Part shown: in pieces, positions 43,105 through 60,362 of the stretch
Layout: each line of letters starts with the position of its first letter
How positions within the stretch are numbered: the first letter of the stretch is position 1
NCBI RefSeq assembly: GCF_009914755.1
Contig: NC_060927.1
Direction: 5' to 3' (one strand)
Length of the DNA: 64,000 bases
From: the human T2T-CHM13v2.0 reference genome, Homo sapiens
The notes under the pieces: model-generated
Told to the model about the DNA's origin: nothing
Database searches by the model: none
Seen by the model: the letters and a program-made list of their open reading frames with translations, nothing else
Made by a program: the position numbers and the translations under genes

Positions 43105-43182
43105 TTTTTTTTTAAGTTCCGGAGTACATGTGCAGGATGTACAGGTTTGTTATATATAAACACGTACGTGGTGGTTTGCTGC
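43105..43182 (-). mobile_element. L1PA 3'-end fragment (~80 bp)
   Basis: tttaagttccggagtacatgtgcaggatgtacaggtttgtta...tggtggtttgctgc; TSD-like atggatagattt/atggaataggttt. Confidence 0.85.
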
Positions 43183-43787
43183 ATGGAATAGGTTTTTTAA
43201 AACTAAATACAGTAGTGGTTTGTTTCACAGAAATAGATTCATTTAAAAAATTATTATACAAATTATATAGCAACTGCCGCTTTTCAAAGACCAAAGATAT
43301 AATGAAATTGACTTGACATTAAACTCGTATTATAGATAATTCAGTTTTCATCTCATGGCTGAGAGGCCATTACAAGATCCTAAATAGCTTCTGGCCAATA
43401 ATGGCAACATCTATAATAATAACAGCTACCACGGAAGAGATTTGCTAAAGGTTTCTACTGATTCTCTCATTAATCTCCATCACCCTGACTCTGCAACTAC
43501 GCAAACACAGAGAGTACAGGCAGCTTTCCTGAAGTCAGTCAGTGGAAGGCTGAACCATCTGACTGGGGAGCCCCCCTCACTATAAACCTAAGATTGTTCT
43601 GTAAAAACAGACTCGCTGGTAAACAGAGGGGTCTCCTGAGCAGATTGGTAGATTTCACTTTCCCATATATTCTGGGGGATGGCATGCATTTCATGTCCAT
43701 TTATCACATGTCCCAAGTCTAGAGACCCTAACTATCAAAGGGAAACACTTGTCAATCACAGATTGTAGAAATTATCATTAGTAAGCA

Positions 43788-44200
43788 TAATAGGCAGAAT
43801 AATCACCCCAAAGATATCCCCATCCTGCTTCCCAGAACCTGTGACTATGTTACATGACAAAGGGGAATTAAGGTCACTAATTATGGTGACCTTTAAATAG
43901 GATTATCTGGGTGGGCCCAATATAATCATAAGCATCTGTAAAAGATAAGACTGTAGATGAATGGCACAGAAGGATACAACGTTGCTAGCAGGCTTTGAAG
44001 ATGGAGGAAAGGAATGTCCTTAGGTTGGAAAAGTCAAGGAAACAGATTCTCCCATAAAGCCTTAGGAAGGGAACACAGCCCTGTGACAACTTGGTTTTAG
44101 CCCAGCATCACCAGTCAGAACTGTAAGATAATAAGTACATGTGTGTTAAGGCACTCACTTTGTGAAAAAGTGTTACAGCAGCAAATAAGAAACTAATACA
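43788..44200 (+). mobile_element. MaLR LTR (MLT1D-like)
   Basis: ggcagaataat...cccaaagatatcc...ggctttgaagatggagga...gttacagcagcaaataagaaactaataca. Confidence 0.85.
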
Positions 44201-45038
44201 GGAAGTAACTACTGAGTTATTGTTCCTAACCCTTCTGGACCAAAGGAGAATAAAAACTATTTTTTAAAGTATATGGATTTCTTAAGCAAAAAAAAAAAAA
44301 AAAAAAAAAAAAGTTAGATGAAAGGTTCATTTTTCAACACTGTAGCTTAGGTATAATCGTAATATACTGAAGGACTCTGTTTAGTCAAGTTGATTTGTTT
44401 TCAGGTGTAATACCTACAACAGTTAACATCTACTGAGCTTTTAATATGTTTGCAATATAAGTGTTATCTTATTAAGTCCTCACAACCTTTGAGCCAGACA
44501 CTATTAGTACTGGGCCATCTGTGAAAAGTCATTTCACAGATCAGAAGCCTAAATGTAAGAGCTAAATTATTAAACTCTTAAAAAAAAAAAAAGAGAAAAA
44601 TCAATTTCATGACCTTGAGTTAAGCAATGGTTTCTTAGATATAATCCCAAAGCACCTTTAAAAACAAAACAACAACAACAAAAAAAAGAAGAAAAAAGAG
44701 AAGTTGGATGACATCAAAATGAAAAACTTTGGTGTTGCAAACAACACCATCAAGAAAGTGAAAAGGCAACCTACTGGGGGAAATATTTACAAATCACATA
44801 TCTAATAAGTGTCCAGTGTGCAGAATGTATTAAAAAAAAACAACTCTTACAATTCAACAACAAAAAGAAAGAATAGGACAAATATTTTAACAGATATTTC
44901 TTTAAAGAAGGCATACAAGGGACCAATAAGCTCAGAAGCACATGCTCAGCATCATTACACAATAGTGAAATGTAAATCAAAACCACAAGACACCGCTTCA
45001 CACCCACTAGGATGGCTACAATCAAAAAGGCAAAATAA

Positions 45039-45469
<431 letters not shown>

Positions 45470-45516
45470 TGTACCAAAAAAAAAAAAAAAAAAAAATTAA
45501 TTTTAAAAAAAGTGCA

Positions 45517-45923
<407 letters not shown>

Positions 45924-46111
45924 CTAAACATGGAGTTACCACATTCCTAGGAGCAATCCCACTCTAGGTATGCATACAAGAGAAATGAAAACATATGTCC
46001 ACACAGAAACTAGTACGTGGATATTCATAGCAGTATTACTCATAAGAGGTCAAAAAGTGGAAACAACCCAGATGCCTATCAACTGATGACTGGATAAAAA
46101 ACATGTGGTAG

Positions 46112-46547
<436 letters not shown>

Positions 46548-46922
46548 TTACAATGCCCTTTAGATGAAATGTCCAGAATAGGCAAATCTGTAAGAGATTT
46601 GTGGCTACCTAGGGCTTGAGAGGGTGGCGGTGGAGGGCAGAGAAGGAAATGACTACTAATGGATATAGGATTCCTTTTGGAGAGGGCAGAAATGTTCTAA
46701 AATTAGATTATACTGATAGTCGCACACGCTGTGTATCTATTAAAAATACTAAATTGTACATGTTACATGAATAAATTGTATGACATATTAGTTATATCTC
46801 AATACCGCTATTTAAAATGTGATTTAACTTCTGTATCCCATATGTATTCATGAGTTACTTACTAAGTAATTTTTATTTAAGGAAGTAGGTGTTTTAAGAA
46901 GTATTTGTAGGAGAAGCATATA

Positions 46923-46941
46923 TAACCACAAGAGGGCGCTT
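46923..46941 (+). promoter_or_regulatory. Candidate CTCF binding site
   Basis: CCACAAGAGGGCGC closely matches the CTCF core CCACYAGRKGGCRC; CpG retained; non-repeat context. Confidence 0.55.
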
Positions 46942-47299
46942 TCCTCACAGCTACAGAAAACCGAGTGTCTAACATACAGGGGTCCTATTTACCAATTTGA
47001 TTTCATTCTTCCCCCTTTTCTTGGACGGAATGAGGTATTAGTATGTTTCATACAACACATTAAAGACAATAGTGTCACCAAGGTTGGTGACAGGTTGAAA
47101 AATCATGACTTATACACAGATAAAAAGTAAATGTTTAAAATTAAACTTCAGTAACAGAAACTACGGATAATGTTGCACTGCATTCATTTCCTTCACTTCT
47201 TGTCATACAAGAGGTTATACAAACTTATTTGTTTAGGATAAAATTCAGTGAGATAATATAAATCATCACAGGAAATGAAACATGTTATAAATACGTGGT

Positions 47300-47402
47300 C
47301 TCTGGTTCTCTGTTCTATCTCTAGCACCTGGAACCATGTCTAGCATAATTGGCACTCCATAAATATTTATTAAATGAATGAGATAAATGAATGAATGAGT
47401 GA
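47300..47402 (+). mobile_element. L2 3' end
   Basis: ctctagcacctggaaccatgtctagcat...ataaatatttattaaatgaatg. Confidence 0.75.
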
Positions 47403-47611
47403 AATCAACATTTCTTAAATTTCAGAAAAAATTTCACCTACCTTGGAGACTACATCAAAATATTTCTTTTCACCCATACCAAACATCACAATCATTTCAC
47501 TGAATAACTATCTCTGAAACAAGTTCACAGAGACATTGTGTGAAATCAAGTGTAATTTTTTAGGCCATGAATCCTTCCCGACCTCCCCCTTATTCCTGCT
47601 GTCATCTTAAC

Positions 47612-47917
47612 TTTTTTTTTTTTTTTCTTGAAACGGAGTCTCGCTCTGTCACTCAGGCTGGAGTGCAGTGGTGCAATCAGGGCTCACTGCAACCTCTGCT
47701 CACTGCTGCAACCTCTGCCTCCTGGATTCAAGTGATTCTCCTGCCTCAGCCTCCCGAGTAGCTGGGATTATAGACGCCTACCATCACACCCGGCTAATTT
47801 TTATATTTTTAGTAGAGATGGGATTTCGCCTTGTTGGCCAGGCTGGTCTCGAACTTCTAACCTCAGGTGATCTGGCCACCTTTTCCTCCCAAAGTGCTGG
47901 GATTACCACGCCCAGCC
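47612..47917 (-). mobile_element. Alu (AluS) with small internal duplication and deletion
   Basis: TSD atc(t/a)taacttt. Confidence 0.93.
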
Positions 47918-47961
47918 AATCATAACTTTTTTTTTTTTTTTTTTTTGCCTTGAAATCAACA

Positions 47962-48017
47962 ACTCTGAATTACTTCCAGTTTGCATTCTGTGTATTGAGA
48001 CCCACACCAAACTGAAG

Positions 48018-48021
<4 letters not shown>
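47962..48021 (+). repeat. 60-bp dispersed direct repeat, copy A (57/60 identical to 50312-50371)
   Basis: actctgaattacttccagtttgcattctgtgtattgagacccacaccaaactgaagtgtc. Confidence 0.95.
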
Positions 48022-48589
<568 letters not shown>

Positions 48590-49189
48590 CCAAGAATCTT
48601 TTAATGCTGACCAACACATCTCTCTCATTGTGTTACCTTTTGTATTCCTACTTAATGTTTTTCCATCAATGCACCTCTTACTAAGCCACAAGCACAGAAC
48701 ATTTCATTAGAGGAAACCAGATTCTTCTCCTATCTCATGTTTCAAGGGGTCTGACATCAGACTAATTTATGGAACAACAATAAAACTGCCCCTATTTCCT
48801 CCCCAGAAGCCACATTCAGTTACAAAAACTTTTACTCTAAGCTCAGTCACAACAAAAGTTAGGCATGGAAAGGCAATCTCTGAAAGGTTTTTCATTTGGG
48901 ATGTGATGAATGGGTGAAGGATGAGCTTTTACAGACACAGGGCCCGGTCATCTTTAAGACACCTCGAGTTTATAAGCCACTGGAGCATTTTCATAGCAAC
49001 ATAGTATAAAAGAAACCGGATCACCAAATGATAAACTCAACTTGAAAAGTCTTCCTCTGCCGTTTTTTTAGTGAACAGTCTACTGTCAAAACAAAGATGT
49101 TATGTTTAGTCGGTTCTAGGCAGCCCAGAAACTTTAAATAGAATGCCAAAACACATTGTGTTTGAGTGACAAGGGAACTAACTCTCACA

Positions 49190-49620
49190 CATCATTCACT
49201 CATATTCCTCAAAATTACTCCGTGTAACTGAGGGCTATACTAGATGCTGGAAATATAACAGCAAGCAGGGCACATTCCCTGCCCTCTGGGACTGCACCGC
49301 CTGGTAGGCCAGATGGACAAATAAATGAGCAATAATAAAACAGAGTAGACTGTCAGGGACAAGTTCATGGTGTTATGGGAACACAGGGGTTGAACATCTA
49401 ATTAGCCTTGGGTGGTTAAAAATAACTATAAATGGATATGATAACACCGCTGAATGTTAGGAGCCGTTAAAATATGGGGAGAAAGGCATATTTCTTAGAA
49501 AATAATAGCCTGTGCCAAGGACTGAAGACATGATAGCTCAGCAAGTTCAAGAAGTAAGAGAGAGCTCAGGATGGTTGAAACCAAGCATGGAAAGTGACGG
49601 GGTTAAGAAAGTAAGCATGA
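49190..49620 (-). mobile_element. L2 fragment
   Basis: cattcactcatattcc...ctatactagatgctggaaata...ccctgccctc...atagcctgtgccaagg. Confidence 0.55.
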
Positions 49621-50311
49621 GCCAATCAAGAAAAAAGTTTATTTAGTCTTGATCCTTAGGGAGTCATCCCTGCAATGGCCTGCAAAGTTACAGGTTGCAT
49701 TTTTCCTCTTCCCCCACTTTTACTAGACCTTTCTAGGTTTCCTTGAGGTCAAACCAGAAGTCTCAGAAGTAATTAACATAAATTGAAACTCAACTGTGCC
49801 CAAGTAAACTCACATAAAACAATGATGAAAAAATCTCCAAAAGCCCATGAGGGCAGGACTAGCAAGTCACACATATGTTACAAGTGCTTGAAGGTTTTTC
49901 GAATGTTTTTCAAATGCAGTTTGTCCTGGGAATCACACAATGATCCCACACGCTTTCTCATCCCAATCTTACAAATAATAATTTTTATTTAAAGGAGAAT
50001 GGACTAGCCAAGGTCTTGAACTCAGGAACAGAACTCTGGTCTAATTCCAAACATCATTTACTTGCCACCATAACAGCTGCTTCCTTCTGGAAGCCAGTGG
50101 CTAGTATGTACCTACATTATGACCACTTTCCCCTATGCATTTTAGATTATTCATTTCAAGCTATTCTAGGGAACTGCTCTTGCAGTTCTATGCCCAAGTT
50201 CAATCCTAACACACCCCATCACCAGCTGCGTTGCAGAGGTCTGCTCACAGTTCAAAGTTTGGCTTGCACTCAAGACCCTCTGTGGCAATAAAATCATCTC
50301 TACGGTAGCTC

Positions 50312-50371
50312 ACTCTAAATTACTTCCAGTTTGCATTCTGTTTATTGTGACCCACACCAAACTGAAGTGTC
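50312..50371 (+). repeat. 60-bp dispersed direct repeat, copy B
   Basis: actctaaattacttccagtttgcattctgtttattgtgacccacaccaaactgaagtgtc. Confidence 0.95.
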
Positions 50372-50503
50372 TCAGAAAGCATTAAATAAATCAGTGTTCA
50401 GAGAAATGAGGCAGCCTCAAAGGAAAATAATATTAGCTCAATACTAGCCATAAATCAACCATTATGTGTGGGAGTTGCTCAGTGAAAATACAAGGAAAAT
50501 TTA

Positions 50504-50905
<402 letters not shown>

Positions 50906-52433
50906 TCAGTGGGGAAGAAAGGAAAGCAAGTACATAAAGTAGTAAGATAGTGCCACCAGTCCTGTGGTATTCTTCCCACCCCCACCACTCCCAAAGGATG
51001 CTTAACGTTCCCCAGTCAAGAGCTCCTCTAGGCTGTAATAAAAGCCCTTGAAAATCATACCGGGGTGGCCAAGAGAATGGCATAGACCCTGAAATCTCCC
51101 CACTACATTCTACAGTTCCAGGACAAGGAACATTTTGCTTGGCTATAAGGCCCCTCAGTTCCAAACATTACTGAGTATCATTTAATCCTTTAGCCAATTC
51201 CCATTTTACACTTGAGGCAGATGATCACCAGAGAAGTTAGGTAAGTTAAAGTTAATTGGCCAGTCTAAGGAAAATTCAGAAATAAAATCCAAGTCTCTGA
51301 GCCCAAACTTACTGAGCCACTTTAAGTATTAAAGGACAGAACCGAAGCACGTAAAGTGGCTGATTTAGCCGGGATCTCCCTCGCCCACGGCCCTATGGCT
51401 GCAATTAGGGACCTAAAACTGATGAGCACTAGGTGGGGTTTATGGAGGACTCCCTAGAAAAAAACAAAACAAAAACAGAAACAAAAAAAGTTTCCTTTTC
51501 AAAAGTCCTTGAGCAATATGCAATCTCAATAATTTGGACAAATTTTCCTGTCTTTGTTCTGTTTTCCACAAAAAGGAAGCATTCTGCACACAAACAAAAA
51601 TCTCATAGTCCATGAGATAAAGCTCTTGCCCAGAGTGCTCAGGATCAGAAACATTATAAGCAGAATCAGTAATGATTATTAACGTATTAAATGTATTGCA
51701 TGTCTTTTACTTCAAAACTTACAGACCTAACTAAAGATGTCTAACAGAAAGATTTTCTTTTTAAAAAGCCAACAACTACTTGGGAAGAAAACTAGTTGTA
51801 TATGTGCTTAACAGGCTAGGCAAGTTTACGCTTACCCCGATTTCACGAAATAAACCCAACGTTTAAAAGCCAAGATGCAATACTTAAAATTAAAAAGAAC
51901 TATAAGACCACTGGCCCATAGTGAGAAAAAAGGAAAATAAAAGATAAAACGATTTGTTTGACCTTCTGATCCTATTGCCTTCTTAATTACAACAGTTCAC
52001 ATAATTGGGAAGGAAAGAACAAAAAAGACATGGAAGTCCACTGAGGCCTCCTTGCAAAATAGTTGTCCAGCAAAGCTCTGCCTAAATAAATCTTTTATTA
52101 ACCTAGACTCCACAAGTTTTTAATCCAACCCCTTTGAAGTCCAGTAATGGTCCTTCTCCTTTTACTAAAAGGCAAATTAGATGGCCATTTTAAGGGTTAA
52201 TGCTCTTGAATGGTTAGGCAGAAGACAAAAAGACGGCCTATTTTTCCTACAACACAGAGTTAGATCTTGATAAGGTAGCATTTTATAAGTCCTCTGGAGT
52301 CAGCTGTAGAGGAAAAAAGTGTCAAGCTCAAGCTAATAAAGTGGGAAAGGGGTAGCCCAGACCCAAAGCATCATGACATTTCAGCTAACAACCTCAGCCT
52401 CGCGGGGGAACATGCTTGTGCTTTTCGGTTCTA

Positions 52434-52772
<339 letters not shown>

Positions 52773-52992
52773 AGAATGTGCAAATCAACATGCTTTATAC
52801 GTGCAATTCTTTTAAAACAGACACCCCACACAGCGCGTGCTGTCCATGCCTCCATTACTGCCAACCTCTCTTCGCTCCAAGCCAATGACTGGTGCAGACC
52901 CAGCCTGCGTGGGAAGAACACACACTCTCCTCCTTCGAAGCTGAAAAACCCAAGAGGGGCGCATCAGACAATGAAGACACAAATTCTAGGTA

Positions 52993-53060
52993 CAGTCAGC
53001 CCTTCGTATCCATGAGTTCCACATCTATGAATTCAATCAACCTTGGTTAAGAATATTCTT
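52993..53060 (+). mobile_element. MER2/Tigger3-type terminal fragment
   Basis: ta|cagtcagcccttcgtatccatgagttccacatctatgaattcaatcaacc. Confidence 0.65.
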
Positions 53061-53611
53061 AAGCCTACAGCCTGCTGATACCACGATAGACATTCAAAAG
53101 CACACTGCTGAAAAAATACTAATATTAGAAAATATTTAAGGGACATTACATGGAAGAAGGCTACAAATGAGAATATTTATTATACTGGAGGGTATACAGT
53201 TACATATTTTAAACACAGAAAAGAGAAAGGGAGGGAGGAGACAAAGAAAATGAATAAAAGAATGGGAGAGAAGGCAGGAAGAGGTGGAGGATGGTCACAG
53301 AAATGAAATCAATACCATATGCTATCCTCCATCCCAAATTAAATTAATGAGGAGGTAAACGTTCTTATTGGTAGCTTATGGGTAGTGTTTACTCTGTTTT
53401 GTGTGTGTGTGTGTTTTTCCATTTGCCAAATTTTCTACGTTGAATATATATTACTTCCATAGCAGAAAAACATTCAAATATATAGATAAATGTTCTGGGT
53501 GTTTCTTTAAGGCTTTTTCAAAAGGACAGTCTGAGCTGGGACCACAGGCAATGCAATTGCCTTCAGGTGCCTTTTCAAAACACAGATCTTAGCCCCATCC
53601 AAATCCTTTTA

Positions 53612-54577
<966 letters not shown>

Positions 54578-55860
54578 TAAATCACAACCTCCAAGGTAAG
54601 AGCCTGGTTTTTGCATTTTAAGTCTCTCTCAGGGAGTCTCATGCACACCAAAGTAGGAGAAATAGGGCATTTGAGTTTGGAAAACTGGTTACTCATAAGG
54701 CTGAATTCTGACCCTAGAGATAAGTCTCATCCACCAGCTAAGTTGAATGTATTTCTTTTATTGCTAAGAAACTTTTTGAGAACTGTCTCTGAAGAAGTCA
54801 TGCTTGGGAAGACAGGGATGTTGGAAGGCACAAGGAATCAAGGTGGAAATTGCTGGCAGGGCTTCATCACATTATCAGGTGTGCACCATGCTGGCGCTCT
54901 CAGGGCTTAGCCAGTTTAGCCAGGATAGATGGAATACAGAATGAATCTATCTGTGACAACTTTTCATAAGATTATTCAGGCCCTGGCAAAAGATCTACAT
55001 GTTGGTCAACTGTAAACAATGATAGCTAGTGAGATGAACTCTCATTCACAGAGTCTGGGGCAATTAAACCAATTACTTTCCACTGTGAATCCCAGGATCT
55101 CAGAAATGCCAAAGGAGAACAGGAACTTAGAAATTATCCAAACCCTTACCTTTTACTGAGAAGAAAAGCAATATAACTGAGGCATGGAGCTGGGAGCTTT
55201 AATCTTCAAAGTATTTATAAGCAGTTGAGAGATACTCTGGATAAATTAAAGAATTAGAATAACCATTGAGCTCACTTCAAGGGTTGAGCCTAAGAATCTG
55301 AGTTGAGATACTGATGAAAGCAGCTGCGAAAATGCCTGCAACTGCTGGCCTGGGTGGAGCAGCTGCAGGTCTGCATCTGTCTGGGAGGACTGCATTTCCA
55401 GGACAGTCTGTCCACTAGTCTCTCCTTTCAGTTTACCTTCTCCCAACTCTGAAGGAGAATCCAGTTAAGGAATAGATCAAGAAAATATATTGCACAGCTA
55501 TATCTCTGCACCAACATCATATAGACAAAAACAACTCAATTTTCTGCTATTTGATGCTGGTTCTTTGTAGATACAGATGCTGCGTAAAGTTTCTGTTGTC
55601 TAAGAAGTTATACAACATTCTCAATTGATGACTAACCACTGTAAACCTGCTGTCTTTATGTCAAACCCACTGCCTTCCTTTTTCCTCGGAGCAAGACAGC
55701 CACCATATCTGTGATTTATTGCGCTACCACAATACAGAACACGACTCGACCTGGACCACACCCTAAGGCTAGAAGACAGCAGTAACACTAAAAGGATGAG
55801 ACGCAAGCCATTGCCAGAAGATCTGGAATGGCCATTTTCCTTCTCGTAAAAGGAAAAACT

Positions 55861-57320
55861 CAAAAATTGGACCTAATCAAAACTAAAACTTGTGCTCTGT
55901 GGAAAGAGGCTAAAAATACAAGCCACAGGCAGGGAGGAAACATTTGCAAGCCACAGACTCAACAAAAGACTGAGACCTAGAATACATAAGGAACTCTCAA
56001 AACTCAACAGCACCTTTTCCTCAGTTGCTGCTAAGGCATTTGGTCCTTCTGAGGAAGCTCAGGACCTGTTGGGGTATGGCCTTCTCTTTATCCAGTGACT
56101 AAGACTGCGCCCAGCAGCCACTTCCCCAGCCCCCACCCATAACGCAGCCTCAATCTCTGAGCTCACCTGCATCCACTCATTCTGCAGGACAGTGAGGTGA
56201 TAGTCACAGAATGAAAATCAAAACCCTCATTAAAGCAGCTGGTGTCAATGGTGAACCTTTCTGGCCTAGCCAATGTCAGCCTCAGGAGCCCCCTCTGCTG
56301 TGTAGAGCCTAGGGGACCTGCCTCACAACCAGCGATGCCCCAGCAGGAGACCCTATCCCTCCACCCTGCTGTCCTCACTCAGAAAAAAAGAGGGGGCAAA
56401 GAAAAGAGAATCTGAGGAGCCCCACGATGACATGGGCCTTGGTCTTTTTGACTAAATCTTTTATGTAATATGTTCAATAAAAAGCTGAACAAAACACAAC
56501 AAAACAAACCCTCATCAGGAAAAAAAAAAAAAAAACCCACAAACTATCCGGGTATAAGATGGGCAAAATATATAAACAGACATTTCACCACAAAGGATAT
56601 ACAGACAGCAAATAAGCACATGAAAAGATGTGTGCAACATCACTATCCAACGACGCAAATGACTAATGCTAATGAGATACCACCACGTACCTATCAAAAC
56701 AGGTAAAATCAAAAACAGTGACGACAGCAAACACTAGTGAGGTCACGGAAAACAGTTTGACACTTTCTTATAAAACTAAACAGGTGACTATCATGTGACC
56801 AGCAATTGCTCTCTTGTGCTTTTAAATGAGAAAAGGACATTTATGTTCAAACACACAAAAACATTTGCATATTTCATACACTATGAACATGTGCATATGA
56901 AATACACAAATGTTCATAGCAACTTTATCAGTAATAGCCAAAACTACCATCAACACAGATCTTCTTCAATAGCTGAGTGGCTAAAAAAAAAGTATGGCTC
57001 ATCCATACCATGTAACACTACTCAGCAATTTTTAAAAATGAACTGCTGATACACACAGTAACCTGGATGACGCCCTCAGGTGGCTACGCTGCATGAAAAC
57101 CATAATCCTGGGCTACATACTGTGTCATTCCATTTGTATAACATTCTTGAAATGATAAAATTGTAGAGATGGGGAACATATTAGTGACTGAGAGGGGTTT
57201 TGTAAAATATTACCATTGGAAGAAATTATGCAAAGGATACACTGGATGGCCCTGTAGTATTTCTTACAACTACTTGTAAATCTCCAATTATCTCAGAATA
57301 AGAAGTTTAACTTAAAATGA
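55861..57320 (+). mobile_element. L1MC1-like ORF2 3' end/3'UTR, split by an RPLP1 pseudogene
   Basis: agaatacataaggaactctcaaaactcaacag|...|atgggcaaaatatataaacagacatttcacc; 3' end tttcttacaactacttgtaaatctccaattatctc. Confidence 0.85.
56012..56508 (+). pseudogene. RPLP1: Processed pseudogene of 60S acidic ribosomal protein P1
   Basis: 5'TOP cttttcctcag; remnant peptides LIKAAGVNGEPFWP and EEPHDDMGLGLFD* (stop 56453-56455); intronless; AATAAA 56476-56481; decayed poly-A; start codon lost; frameshifting deletions. Confidence 0.95.
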
Positions 57321-57369
57321 AGCCTGCTCTATTTCGGTCTCCAAAGAAACAGAACCATAAGATGATAAG

Positions 57370-57371
<2 letters not shown>

Positions 57372-57404
<33 letters not shown>

Positions 57405-57422
57405 GAGAGAGAGAGAGATAGA
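57372..57422. repeat. (CA)n(GA)n compound microsatellite
   Basis: About 15 AC units followed by about 8 GA units. Confidence 0.95.
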
Positions 57423-57440
57423 GATTTAAGAAATTGGTCA

Positions 57441-57770
<330 letters not shown>

Positions 57771-58376
57771 TCACAGGACTGCGGAGGATGGCGAGTCCAA
57801 AATTGCAGAGCTGGCACAGGCCGGGGTCCCAGGGAAGAACTGATGCAAAGACACTCTCCAGGCAGAATTCCTTCTTCCTCCCAGGAGCTCTATTTTCTTT
57901 GTCTTTTAAGGCTATTTTCTTTTAAGTCTATTTTCTTTTAAGGCTTTCAACTGATTTGATTGATGAGGCCAATCCCCATTGGAAAGGGTAATCTGCTTTG
58001 CTCTGAATCTATTAATACCAATGTAAACGTTATTCTTATCTAAAGAATACCTTCCCAGCGACATCCAGACTGGTGTTTCACCAAATACCTGGGTACCGTG
58101 GCCTAGCCAAGTACAAACAAAATTAACCATTACAGCTGCTGTTTCATCTCTTTTCTGCTGGGCTTTTGGTCACTAAGCAGAAAATATGAGGGGAAACGGA
58201 CACACTGGCTCCCACAGCGGTTGGTCTCTGACATCAGCTATATCTATGTGGGGCAAGTTAGCTATTAATAAGTTTTGCCATGAAATAAAATTAAAAGTAT
58301 TTATATTCATTTACTTTAAATCTTTTTAAATGCCTAAACCTTCTGAATAATAATATGCTATTCCTAATGCTCTAAC

Positions 58377-58600
58377 CAAGGGGTCGGCATATTTCAACTA
58401 TAATAAGGTGCCGATAGTAAATACTGTTGGCATTGCAGACCATATGCTCTCTACCCTAACCTCTCAATTCTGTTGCTGTCATGGGAAAGCGGCCTTGTAC
58501 TATACATGACAAATGGGAATGGCTGTGACCACTAAACTTTATTTACAGAAACAGGCTGTGGGTCAGATTTGGCCTCAGGGCCATAGTTTGAGGATGCCTC
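58377..58600 (+). mobile_element. MER58A-like hAT MITE
   Basis: caaggggtcggca...gatagtaaata...taaactttatttacagaaacagg...gggccatagtttg. Confidence 0.85.
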
Positions 58601-59115
58601 CTCTGTTACCAACAAAATTTCAGGTACTTTTCATTCTTTCTCTCATCTTCCAAGGGTGTGATCTTGGATTGAAACTAATCATCTGTATTTTTTTTTTCCA
58701 ACAGCATTTACTTTTCATCCAGAAAACCTTAGCTATGCCGCATGAGTTCTGATTATCTATTAAACATGAAGCTCAAGTGGTTATTTGCTAGTCACTTTTA
58801 AGTGTTTGGAAAAAAATATTAAAGTCCTCAGTCTCTGAGATACAAGGCAAGTCCAATTAGTGCAGACAATGTAAGCCATTATCCAGCTGCAATGGTCTCT
58901 TACATTTTCAAAAGAAAGAGTGGAGGCAGGTAAACACTAGCCCAGTAAACATTAAGGATGCATCTAAGGAAGCTTTAATAGGGGCAGGATACCTGTAAAG
59001 AGTCTATGACTCACTACATTATTCTAGAATAGATTTTTAATTACTCTGATCTATGTATGGCAACTGCTGCTTCTGATTAAATAGATTTAAAATGAGAAGA
59101 AAGAAAACAGAAACC

Positions 59116-59399
59116 GGCCAGGCACACTGGCTCATACTTGTAATCCCAGTACTTTGAGCAGTCGAGCCATGCAGACGGCTTGAGCCCCAGAGTTCGAGAC
59201 CAGCCTGGGCAACATGGCAAAACCCCATCTCTACAAGAAAATTAGCCTGGTGTGGTGGCAAAGGCCTGTAATCCCAGCTACCTGGGAGACTGAGGTCAGG
59301 TGATCACCTGAGCCTTGGAGTTCGAAGCTGCAGTAGGCCATGATCACACCACTGCACTCCAGCTTGAGCAACACAGTGAGACCCAGTCTCAAAAAAAAG
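59116..59399 (+). mobile_element. Alu (AluJ-like)
   Basis: TSD aagaaaacagaaa. Confidence 0.92.
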
Positions 59400-59698
59400 A
59401 AAACAGAAATCTAGTTTCTATAAATACTAATATTTTAACCAATATTAATATTTAAGAACTTTGAAGAATCCAGAGCACGGACAGGAAAAATAACACAGAT
59501 TTCTAGTGGAGATTATTCAATGTATGTTGGGAAGTTTTGTCATCTAAGGATACACTCAAATCTAAGCGTAACCTTGGATTGGACTGTGCTGTACTGTTTA
59601 TGGGCATTACAGCTATGGAGCAACAGCCCTTGAAAGGAATATAGTTTGTCTCATTTCTAAAATGCATCTTCAATTCTTCACCTTAAAAACATAGCCTT

Positions 59699-60008
59699 GG
59701 CCTGGTGCAGTGGCTCACACCTGTCATCCCAGCACTTTGGGAGGCCAAGGCAGGCAGATCACGAGGTCAAGAGATGGAGACCATCCTGGCCAACATGGTG
59801 AAACCCTGTCTCTACTAAAAATACAAAAATTAGCTGGGCATGGTGGGGTGTGCCTGTAATCCCAGCTACTTGGGAGGCTTAGAAAAGAGAATCACTTGAA
59901 CCCGGGAGACGGAGCTTGCCGTGAGCCGAGATCACACCACTGCACTCCAGCCTGGGCAACAAAGCGAGACTCCATCTCAAAACAAACAAACAAACAAACA
60001 AACAAACA
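59699..60008 (+). mobile_element. Alu (AluS) with (AAAC)n tail
   Basis: TSD aaaca(t/c)agcct. Confidence 0.95.
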
Positions 60009-60362
60009 AACACAGCCTCAGAAGCACTGAAAATGACAACCCCTCGCCCATTCCATGCCTTTCTTCCTCCCGGGAAACATAAGTCATCAGGACCCATGGA
60101 GCAGACATCATTCTGAAAGGCACATCAAAGACACTCTGAAGTTCCAAAGGAAGCCGCCAACTGTAGGCCTCGGGCCAAGATAGGTGTAGGGGTGCTGCCC
60201 TTTACCATGGCTCTTGCCTCTTTACCATGGCTTAGGAAGGATGCTCTGGGTTTCCTTAAACTTCGCAGATTCATGCTGATTGCAGTCAAAATAAATATTC
60301 CCAGGAGCTTTGTGAACTGAAATTTCCTTTCATGAAAAGAATTTCTAGAAATACTACAGCTA

